A stretch of 64,000 bases of DNA from Callorhinchus milii (taxonomy: Eukaryota): NCBI RefSeq assembly GCF_018977255.1, contig NW_024704742.1, positions 57,972,001 through 58,036,000 of the forward strand, read 5' to 3'. The notes under the pieces were generated by a model. The model was not told where the DNA came from, made no database searches, and was given only the letters and a program-made list of their open reading frames with translations. Positions 26,001-38,000 of the stretch are shown here, one piece after another. Each line of letters opens with the position of its first letter. Position 1 is the stretch's first letter. A program made the position numbers and the translations under genes.

Positions 26001-29000
26001 TTTCAGCGCCTTCGTGGAGTGTCGCTGAAAGCCAGTAAGAGAGAAAACCCCACATGGAGTTTTTCTCCTGCTTGCTTAATAGTAATAATCCTTGCATTCG
26101 ATATAGCGCTTTTCATGTCTTCTAGACTTCCCAAAGCGCTTCACAGAATATACTGTAAAGTGAATTGACTGTATATTTGTGGGTGAACACGGCAGCCAAT
26201 TACACACAGCAATGTCCCACAAACAGTCATGGATTGAAAATAACCAATTTATTATTGTTTTTGGTTTTGGAGGGATTATTATTAGGCGTGTGGAGTAAGG
26301 AAACTTGCCCAAGGTTTCGCCCTGCCTGGAATTGAACTCAGGTCTCTCACTTGCAAAGCGAGTGCTCTAACCACTGAGCTACAGGACTCCATAACATACT
26401 CCTGGTATGAGCACAAGGAGAGAGAAAGGCGCCTTTATTCATGCGCAGTGCCTCTCTCCTCTTCACCAGATGGACCTGTGCAGACCGAGGAAAGGGAGAG
26501 ATGGAGATCAAGCAGAGTTTGTGAGAGGAGGGAAGCATTAGGGAGGCACTGTGCATGCATGAGGGCACCTCTCTCCTCTCTCCCCTCTGTGTGTGCAGGT
26601 TTATCTTCTCTGTACAGTAACGAAAGCCCGAAAATCCCGATTTATAAACACTCTAAAATTGCTAAAATATTCCTGCCAAATCAAGTTAATAAACACGGAA
26701 AAAAAGAAGCCCTAATGATAGCCTAGGATCCTGTTTGCCTTGTTTATTGCTACCTTATACTATTTTGACGTGTTGAGGGATAGGCCAACTGAAAGCTTAC
26801 ATCTGTTTCAGCTTCCCTCTTGGCACATTGCATTCCATCCATGGAGTACATGTGTTTCCTTTTCAGGAGGATGTCCTGAAGCATTTTACAGGATAGACAG
26901 TGACTGTTTTGTGGGCAAGGGAGGTAATTGGGACCGAAACAACAACTTCAAAGTGCTTATCGAGAACAATGATAAAAAAAGGAACTGAATTTAAACGAAA
27001 AGTAACATGTTACCATGTACGGTATAACATCTTTAGCCTCAGATATCATTCCAGGATATCTAATACCATTTTTCTTAGCAGCAGTTTGCAGTATTGCTTC
27101 TGCTTCTTTCACTCGGCCGTGAGAAAACAGCCACCTAGGAGACTCAGGTATAAACCTGAAATGCAAACAGTGTGGATTCAACATTAACCAGAATACAAGA
27201 CATCACAAAAATATTTACAATAATAGGTTTTGCACATTCTTTAGTTGTGTCTGTGAGGAAGTAGTGACATTCCCTCTCATTCTAATGAGAACCTGATGCC
27301 TAAGTTGTGCACGGGTTCAGAGTTTCAAGGACAGATTGGGTAGGTTGGGGACATCTGAACCGCAGGACAGAAGACATCGACAGGAGCCAAGGAGTATGGC
27401 TTCCGTCTTGTTGACATTTAACTGCAAGAAATTTGTGCTCACCCAGGTCTTGATGTCTGTCAGACAAGCTGACAGAACATCAGAGGACTGGAGGTCGCAG
27501 CTGGAGGAGGAGAAGTAGAGTTGAATGTCATCTGCATACGTGTGGAAGTTATGTGTAAAGTACTTCACATGGGGACAAATCCTGGAAGGGACTATTATTT
27601 GAACGGAAGGAAAATAATATGTATGGAAAATGAAAAGGACCCGGGGGTCCTGATTGACAATAAATTGAAGCTCTCCCAACAATGCTCTGTGGCAGTGAGT
27701 AAAGCAAACCAGATGTTGGGATGTATCAAAAGATCAATAGCAGCCGAAATAGAGGGGTAATCCTGCCACTGTATAAATCATTGGTGAGACCATACTTAGA
27801 TTACTGTGTACATTTCTGATCATCGCAGTACAAACAGAGATATCAAGAAGATACAGAGGAGGGCAACCAAAATGATTGTGGGAGTGGAGCGACTGGACTA
27901 TGAGGAACGACTAAGTAAAATGGGAAAAGAGAAAATTGAGAGACAACATGATTGGTATCTTTAAGATTCTAAAAGGGCAAGACAATGTAGAACATGGCAA
28001 GCTGTTTCAACTTGTCCAGAATAGTAAACCCAGGGGACACGGCCTACGATTGAAAGGGGGTAAATTCATAACAAATCTACGCAAACACTATTTCATTGAG
28101 CAATAGTGAATCTGTGGAACAGGCTCCTTAGGGAGACGGTTGAAGTAGGAAGTGTTGATTCTTTCAAACACAGATTAGATTGTTTTCTTTTAGGAAGTAA
28201 CATAAGTAGTTCGGGACATATGTGCTTGCAACCGCCAGGAAGGTGAAAGGCGAACTAGATGGACCTTGGTCTTTTTTCGTGTAGCATTTCTTATGGTCAC
28301 TTCAACCGTACTTTCGATCACCTTCCATCCCCCCCTGCCCTCCACCCTCCGCAATCCTGACACCTAGCTCGGGTTCAAAACACTGACTGGCCAGCACCTT
28401 GGGATGTCCTCCCGATGTGAAAGGCGCAACACAAATGTAATTTTGTTGTTGTTGTTCTCACGTTCTATTTTTCCTCAAGCAAATCATGTCCAGAACTACG
28501 TACAGAATCAATTATATAAAATTGGCATTCGTGATCCAATATGCTCTACCACCCAAAACAATTCTTAAAAGTGGAATCATACATTTGAAGTTTAAGGTCT
28601 ACATGAAATATTATTTCAAAAGATGACCAAATAAACCATTACTCAGATTACAATTATTAACTAATTGAGAAACAGATGGATAATTTTATTTTCTCCAGTG
28701 ATTACGTATTAAGGTGGCTTTCCCATATTTTAGCTTAATTCAGATAATTTAGCTTAATATTAACAAAAACAAAACTCACCACCAAAATGGCACATACAGA
28801 ATTTTTGGAAGAAACAAGGCGAGTGTTAACATGCACCAATCTCTGGCATAATATGCAGCTAGAGACAGCAACATGTAACCAAAGGCAAAGAACATACTGA
28901 TGCCAAGTGTTCCAAAAGCAACCCTCGCAGATTTGCTGAGGATTTCGGATCCTGTTAAAGAACAAATATAAAAATGATACATCATTTATTAAAACCATGT

Positions 29001-32000
29001 ATCCATTAGTACATTCAGTAAAGATGTATGTGTCTTTTTATGCGGAACAAAAATAGACATTCCTTACCATGAAAGCATAAAAGTTTCCACCCCTAGAAAG
29101 TTATCAAAAAATCACTTCCTGGAATGAATGAATGTTGGGCAAGAACAGTATCAAACTGAATGTGGTTGGATACCATGCTGATATTCACAGTTAAGGTTCA
29201 CACACAAATAATGTTACTTGGTGTAAGTAGAATCTATGCGTGTACGATAATTCCCTATTAGAAAGAAACTAATACTATGCAATATGATATTCTTATGGAG
29301 TCCTGTAGCTCAGTGGTTAGAGCACTCTATTTGCAAGCGAGAGACCTGAGTTCAATTCCAGGCAGAGGGCGAAACCTTGGGCAAGTTTCCTTATTCCACA
29401 CGCCTAATAATAATCCCTTCAAAAACCAAAAACAATAATAAATTGGTCATTTTCAATCCATGACTGTTTGTGGGACATTGCTGTGCGCAATTGACTGCCG
29501 CGTTCGCCCACAAATATACAGTCAATTCACTTTACAGTGTGTTCTGTGAAGCGCTTTGGGACGTCCTCCAGACGTGAAAAGCGCTATGTCAAATGCAAGG
29601 ATTATTATTATTATATTCAGAAAATCGGTACCGAGAAACAAATAGAGAGTTTACATTCCATGCCATACAAATGTAAATGTCCTTACATATATCGAACATG
29701 AAATTCAGAAATTTGGAACTGAAGTACAAATGGATGGCACACACTTCAGTGCATGCATATGGAAATTTCCATGCAAACTCTTCATAGTTTGCTTTGGACA
29801 CATTTAAATGTGGTGACAGGTTTCCATGTGTGTTAGGCTGACCAAACAAAAAACAAAACATATTAGACACTCCAAAGATTGTCCATTTCAGGATGAAATG
29901 TGGATCAAATAGCTCAAGGTTTGCTGACAATCTTGGCAGGATGATCTAGTGGGGTGGCAGGGGGGAGATGGGTGGGGGGAGATGGGTGGGGGGAGAGACT
30001 AAGGTTACTTGTAAATTAACAATCCAAACTTTGTCTTAATATTTAAATATTATGGAAAAATGGAAGTAAGTGGGGTATCTTCTGATGTTATAAAGTGTTA
30101 GCTTTAAAGTGTTTAAAAGGGAGAATATCACTTTAGCAGCTTCCATCCACCCTTTGATACTGTTGAAGATTTCATCCTATGATGTGTGGAGAACATTAAA
30201 TCTGAGAAGAATGGGCACTTGGATGAGATTTCAAAGTGAGCCCAGACCAATGGATCTATTCACCAGAATTAATCACTGCTGTCAAAGGATGAGAAAAATT
30301 GGGAAAAAATGTTTTGCAAGTGTTCAAGTAGGTTTCTACACTTGTAAATGCACCAGAGTTTTCAAACAGTTAATATCTTCAGAAGCTTCAAAGTGATAGT
30401 CAGTTGATTCATTGCATAAATTTAATGTGCAAGGACATTTTTTATTTATTAAGTTCATAAAAGACATAATATTCCAGGCAGATGACTAAATAATGTTTGT
30501 ATTGCCAAACCCAAACCATTCGTTTGCAACAGTCACTATCAGTTCCCAATTCTCTCTAAATCTTCTCTACAACTTCATTGCTCTCTTCCTTGCACATCTA
30601 GGCAGCGCTGTTGCACATCTAGGAGATTGGGATGACGCAGCCCACATACATTTCCACAAAACACTTCAACACCAAATGTAATGAAAATACGAGAGAGACA
30701 AAAGTCTTCATGATGGCTCCCAATTGACTGGCATTTTAAACTAGATCATCCTGCCAAGAGATTATTACCAAACAATTTAAGGGCTCAAAACATTTACATG
30801 GAGATTTTCCCTGTTTTCCTGGAGAAATATTGCAATGCCCAGACATTCCCATCCTTCAAAACTGAGGATGTCACAGTGTCAAGCAATCAGTGGACAACAT
30901 TGAAAAAATGACAACCAGATTAAAACAGGTGAAAATAAACGAGAGGGATTTACAATAATCGTAAAACACAATTATTATTGTTACATTATAAAAACTTACC
31001 TAAAACAAAAGTAGATATATAGATGGAAGAAGATCCAAAACCAACAACAAAGTGCAGTACACAGAACATCTCCCAGCTCTGAGAGGCCGTTTCAAGTAGA
31101 CCGAAGACTAGCTGCACTGTAATGCCTATAAACAGAGTAGTTTTTCTCCCATACCTTAAAAAGAAAATGCATAATTATGAATTCACAATGTAGTTTTCAG
31201 ACAACATATGCCCTGGTTCCTGCCTGCCTTATTTCTTGTTCCCCTCCGATGTGAATCATTCACAAGTGAAGCACCTTCTTGTCTCCAACCTTTACAATCT
31301 TCATCCCTTATATTAAAACAACTTTAAAAAGAAAATAAAAGGGTGTGGCTAGCAGCAAAGAAATTAAGTTTAGATATACAGTCGTAAAAACACTTTTACT
31401 GCAGATATTTTTATTGCATAAGAAAGGGGTAATTGTTGGTGCATTTTCAGACTATGGAATTGGATAGACCTCAAAAACCATTTACAGATTAGTCCTTCAG
31501 TGCAAAGTCAAAACACTGATTGAACATAAGTATTAACCAGTTAAACCTCACTGAGCCAGTCTAGAAACTTGGTGTCTTGTTTAACCTTTAAATATCCTTT
31601 CTATCTGACATCTGTGCCATGATCCGTTCTGCCTTCTCCTACATCCACAACATCGGCTAGATCTGCCACTTCCTCTCCAGAGACCTTCCACGCATTTATT
31701 ACATCTAGGTCAACTCCCCACTTGTCGGCCTTCCCAACTCTTCCGTCCACAACCTGCAGATCATCCAGAACTCTGCAGCTCATGGGATCTCCCACACCAG
31801 ACTCCGTGACCCTATCACCCTCACACTTGCCCGGCTCCATTGGCTCCCCATCCCCCAGAGGATACAGTTCAAAATCCTCATCCTCACCTTCAAGGTCCTC
31901 CACGGCCTATCTCCTTCCTACCTCTGTGACCAGTTGACACCGTATCAACCTGTCTGCTCCCTCCGCTCAGCAGGGACTGGCTTGCTACACATCCCCCGCC

Positions 32001-35000
32001 CGGCTCGCCCCACCATCAGTGGTCGGAACTCCAGCTTGTCTCCCCCCATCCTTTGGAACTCCATCCCATAGTCCCTTTGTCTTGCTCCTTCCCTTGCCTC
32101 CTTCAGAAGCACGTCTGAAGACCCTCCTCCTCGACCGTGTGGTCGGCCAACCTCACAACCCTACCCTACCTGCCCACCACACTCCCTGATCCCAACCCCT
32201 GCTCAGGTCCAGATCCCTGACTTTGCAATCCTGGGACATCCTCCCAACGTGAGAGGCACTTTACAAGTGTAATTTGTTGTTGTTGCTAAACAGTAGCTAA
32301 TTAGTTCAAGCCCTGCTCCAGAAAAAATATTGAGCAATTAAATAGTGTTATATTAAGAAACCAAAGCATAGTTGTAATTAATGCGGCATTACTATACTTC
32401 AGACAACATGTCACAAGTTTGATTCTACCCTTGTATTTTCTAAACCAGATGGCATCCAGTTCACATATCCCTCCATAGCAACTGAAAACAATTAGGCAAC
32501 AGGTGTCATTTTTGTTACAATGATTTATCTATTGAAGTGACTGTACCTGTCAGAAAATTGTCCTGAGAATAATGAACCGCACAGACCACCCAAGAAAAAT
32601 ACTGACGTAGTAAATGGTCCTTTCCAGTTATTCTCACAGACAAGATCCCACTGCTCAAAAAGCAAAATAATACATATTAGTGGTGGAGGGGGGGGGCAGG
32701 GTCTAAAATGGAATTTAAGAAGAGTTACTTCAGACAGAGTAGTGTGATTGTGAAACTCACTGTCCGAAGCAGTGGTTGAATCAAATAGTGTAGAGGCATT
32801 TAAGAGGGAGTAGGAGGGAGTAAGGAGTGACAGGAGACTCATTTGGAGGATAACCACAGATGAGTTGGGGCAAATGGCCTGTTTCTTTGCTGTACAATCT
32901 ATGTAAATCTTTGTAAATCTGCGTATCTCCTTTCAAGAATTAAAATCTGTATACTAGAAGTGGGATTATTTGAATTCAATCTGTATATGTCAATCAAAAC
33001 CAGGTTGCATCCAACCAGAACTTGCATTTATGTAGTGCCCTTCACAGAGTGCTTTGACATCTGGCAGTGATTTAATGGAGATGGTGCTAAACGACAAGTT
33101 GGCAAAGTGAGATGACTGTTGATGACTCAATACTAATAGAAAGGGGGCTTGATAATAATAATAATAATCCTTGCATTTGATATAACGCCCTACAACAACA
33201 ACAACTACAAAATTAAATTTTTATAGCGCCTTTCTCATCGGGAGGACGTCCCAAGGCGCTGTCTTATCAGATCTTTGAGACGTCTCAAAATGTTTCAGAG
33301 AATATACTGTAAAGTGAATGGACTGTATATTTTGTGGGGAAAACACAGCAGCCAATTGTACACAGCAGTGTCCCACAACCAGTCTTGGACTGAGTGACAA
33401 ATTGATTTTTTTTAAGGAATTATTACCCCTAGAAAAGCAATCCGCCAATTAACTAACAACTGGATTCTTATTTACTGTTAGGTAAACAGGTAAACAGAGG
33501 CATGTCGAGTAAAGAAACTTGCCCAATATTTCGACCTGTCAGGAATCAAACCCATGTCTCTCACTTGTGAGGCAGATGCTCTAATCACTGAGCTAGAGGA
33601 CTCCAAGTTGGATCTACAATTTAAGTTGAATCAATTCATTTTGGAAGATAGCAACACATCTTTAGAAGATACTGTCATTTGTGAAACTTAGTTTATACTA
33701 ACAGGATCACACTGCAAAAAGCTAAAGTGGATCTCTTCTTGTAACTCTTTAGATCAGGGGTGGACAAAAAAGGGGTGCCATATCCGGCCCGCCAAATGAT
33801 TCTATCTGGCCCGTCATTGTGTCTAGCAATAGAAAAAATTATAGTTCGTTCAATCCCAGAATGTCACACAAATTTTGCATTTGAATCAGAGCGGGAACAT
33901 CAGCCAATCACACTGATATTTTCTCGATTCTCACCCTGGTTCACCAGCCCCTCTGCTTGTCTGCCAAACACACTTGGCTCAAATCCGGCCTAACGGTCCA
34001 CCGCTACATCTGGCTGGATCTCATCAACAATTACCGCTCCGCTCTCGCCTCAGCCAAATCAGCCTTCTATTCCAGGTTAATCCTGAAGGCAAAAGGCAAT
34101 CCCAGGCTCCTGTTCTCCACCATTAACTGGTTCTTCCGCCCTCCCCGACACGCCTCGCAGATACTTTCCACTGACTCTCACTGCGAGAAAATGCTGGACT
34201 TCCTTGAGTCCAAAATCAAGGGAATCCGTTCAGCTGCCACTGCCCTCCCAACTTCCAACCCCTCCCTATCCACACCCCACACAATTACCCATCTGACAAT
34301 TACCCATCACTCCTTCCACACCTTTGAACCTGTCAACCCTTCCTCTGTCTTCAACACGGTAACCTCCATGAAGTCCACCACCTGCTCCCTCAACCCCATC
34401 CCTAACCCTCTCCTTAAATCCCAGCTCCACCTCTTTGCCACACTACTTGCCGACATTATTAACCTCTCCCTGTCATCTGGAACTGTTCCATCCCCCCTCA
34501 AAACAGCCACTATCACCCCCACCTTGAAGAAACCTTCCCTTGACCCATCACAGCTATCCAGCTACCGGTTCATCTCAAATCTCCCCTTTCTATCCGAAGT
34601 CCTTGAGAGAGCCGTTGCCTCCCAGCTTCGCTCTTTCCTCTCCTCCCACTCCCTCCATGAACCCCTCTAATCGGGTTTCCATTCTGCCCACGGCACGGAA
34701 ACTGCTCTAATCAAGCTTACAAACAACATCCTGACTATGTGTGACCAGGGCTCCCTTTGCCTCCTCGTTCTCCTCGACCTCTCCACCGCCTATGACACTG
34801 TGGACCACTCAATCCTCCTCCACCGCCTCTCCTCCCACCTAACCTTCAAGGTTCTGTCCTTGTCACGTTCAGGTCTTACCTTTCACACTGCCTCCACTTC
34901 TTCTCCAGCCCCCACACCGTCTCGTGCAATGTTCTTCAGGGCTCTTTCCTCGGTCTCCTCCTCCTCACTCTCTACATGCTCCCCCTTGGTGACGTCATCC

Positions 35001-38000
35001 GCAGACATGGGGTAAATTTCCATATGTATGTGGATGACACCCAACTCTACCTCTCTGCCTCCACCATGAACTCCAGGATTATTGGCATTCTGACCGATTG
35101 CCTGTCCGACATCAAGTCCAACATCAAATCCAACTGAACATCAGCAAGACTGAGGCTCTCCTGATTGGCTCGCGCTGGCAGCATCAGCCTCCACAGCTGC
35201 ACACTCAACCTCACTAAGCCAGTCAGAAATCTGGGTATCTTGTTTGACCCTGAACTGTCCTTTCTCCCCCACATCCGCGCTATGACCGGTACTGCCTACC
35301 ACCATCTCCGCAATATTGCTAGATTGTGCCACTGCCTCACCCCTCAGGCTGCCGAAACCCTCACCTCACCCATACATTCATCACCTCAAGGCTTGATTAC
35401 GGGAAATCCCTCCTCATCGACCTTCAGTGTTGTGGAAAATGGCAGCACGTATACCTTTGACTTAACCTAAGCAAGAAATGTTCATCTACTGCTCATGAAC
35501 TTATAAACTTTGATATTGCCTTTGATAGTGTCATTACAGTGTGATTGCTATACATGAGCTTAACAACAAATACTGCTTGTGAATATCTCTTGCTTCGGTT
35601 CATTTGGTTCAGCAAGTAGTACAGATATTGTTTGTCATAACCTTGCCTATTGTAATTATGTTATTGAACTAATGCAAATTTTCTACCTTATTAGGTAATG
35701 AGCTTTAAAATGTAAAATACAAGTGACTTTGGTTCCTCTGTTCACGGGTTCCTAATATAAAACCTTGGCTAAACAGAATAAACTCGTCTTTTCTGGTCAC
35801 ATCTAGATGTTCTAGATGACAACGGAAGGGTCAACTTTGACCATACCTTCAAACCTGATATTTTTGGCACAATCAGATGGGATCTGAAATAAGAACCAAA
35901 GTTTACAGATCGGAATAGAATAAGAAACGTCTGGTATCAGAAGGAAGGGGCATTACTTAAAAGTGTTAATATGCCACAGTTATAAAACTTAAATGTGTGA
36001 CTAAGCCAACCAGTAAATAAAAAGAAAAAGTGTTTTACTTAGAAGTGTTAACACACCTATGCTTAAAAGTGTTGATACGTTCGTCATTTTAGAGCTAAAG
36101 AGTCCTGGGCCACGGACTACCCAAGAGATATTATTAGTCCATAAAACTGGAACAGAAGAACACTGTCTTATTCTGTCAATAAGCAGTGGGATTGGAAAGA
36201 TGCACCATGGCTAAAATGGAAAATTGGTTGGATAATTTTGCCACCGAAAATGACATGGATAAGGACAATTAATTAATAATCTTAATGCATGTAACACTCT
36301 GGGACGCTACACTGCATGAGGGTCGCTATATAAATACCAGTGGTTGCTGTTGTTGATGTTATTGAGCTATACATCAACATGACTATGGTTAAACAAGACA
36401 ACTCACAATTGCGAGTGGAGGTGATCAGTGCAAAGCAGATAATCTCATTGCAGGCAGCAGTTGCAGACTGAGATGCTTGGAACAGCGTGTTAGATAAACA
36501 ATTGTAGGATAAGGCTGTAGAACTAACCGGGTCTGAAATAACTAAATCAGGTGTCGCAGCTGCTCTTATGCATGACTTAAACCCAGCAAGAGAGTTCACT
36601 ACTGTAAAATGAATTGGCTGTGAACCGCTTTGAGATGTCTCACCAACATGATGAGGAGCTACATCAAATACAGGGATTATTAATCATATTAAAACATTAT
36701 TAACCTCTAGGGTTAGATTGTTTGATCCTGAAAACACTCACTTTTTAGGCCTTTGAGATGCGTGCAGAGTGCTTGTCAATTCTATGGGATCTCTAATGTG
36801 AAAGACAAACTCACGGTTCTCCAAATTACACTGCCGTTAAACTTCCGGCATCAGTTACCTGTACACTTTGGCTCTGGCAAACAATATTAACAAGAAGATG
36901 TTGCATAATCTCTCCATTCCAGGAACTAACAACATTGTTTTGGTTGTGTCATCTACACAACCTTTGTACAGCGAAAATTAAACATTACCACATAAACAAA
37001 ATTCTACCCAGTCTCAGCACTTCCCATTCAACTTTGTGAGTTGGATCTCTCCAATCAAAAGTTACTCTCTCAACTGGATCTTAAACCTCCACATGAACAG
37101 GCAGACAGAACCACGGTTTAAAGTGTCACCCATAGCACGGCACCTCTCCATACATGCAATATTCCCCAGCGCTGCTTTGAAATCTCAACCTATACTGCAA
37201 ACTAACAATTTTGATGACTACTGACCCAGATTACAACAATAACAGCAAAGATTTTACATTGATATACCACATTTCAAGTCTGGACGGCATCCTAAATTAT
37301 TGCAGAGCTGGGGGGTGAGGGAACTGAGGAAGGTGGGGGTGGAGGTGGAAAAGGTGACCAAAAGTGTGATTAGAAAAGAAAGGTCACAAGGTTCCTCCTT
37401 TATAGAGCCAAGGTCTTGGGGATGCATCAGAGAGGCTTCTCCAACCCATTTGCAATGTCCAGGGTCAAGCAGTGAGGTGGATTTGTAGCAAACATGGGAA
37501 GCGGCTGAAGGGAGGGAGGGCTCCTGCCAACAATGACCTGTCATTAAGCACCCAAGAGGCATAGTCGGCTTCGCAGAATCTATTTGCTAAGGCCCCTCAC
37601 ATGAGGTCTTTATTATCTGTACTCACCCTCTGGAACTCCATCCCGCAGTCCCTCCGTCTCGCCCCCTCTCTCGCCACCTTCAAGACCCACCTCAAGACCC
37701 TCCTCTTCGACCATGCTGTCGATCTCCCTGCTTCCCCTCCTGCTCTCCCCCACCCTGACCCTCAGCTTGGGTCCATAACTCTGTCTATCCAGTGCCTTGG
37801 GACGTCCTCCCAACATGAAAGGCACTATACAAATGTAATTTTGTTGTTGTTGTATTAAGAAACTGGTGCTAAGTAAGCCTGGTATGCAGCCTTGGATTTA
37901 GACTTCCAGAACATCAGGGTGGTTGTTACATCACAAGTTGTCCTGTGAAGGTCCTCCCATCACACTGAAGGTAGATGTCCACCAGATAGCTGATGAAGAA

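Noticed and set aside
33754..33815. hAT-Charlie-like terminus (cagggg...tccggcccgcc...ggcccg)
   Set aside because: Only one end is visible; too little to call an element.
35427..36600. Non-L2 block starting near TGTTG that truncates an L2, possibly an LTR element
   Set aside because: No matching CA end, TSD or resumption of the L2 could be found.
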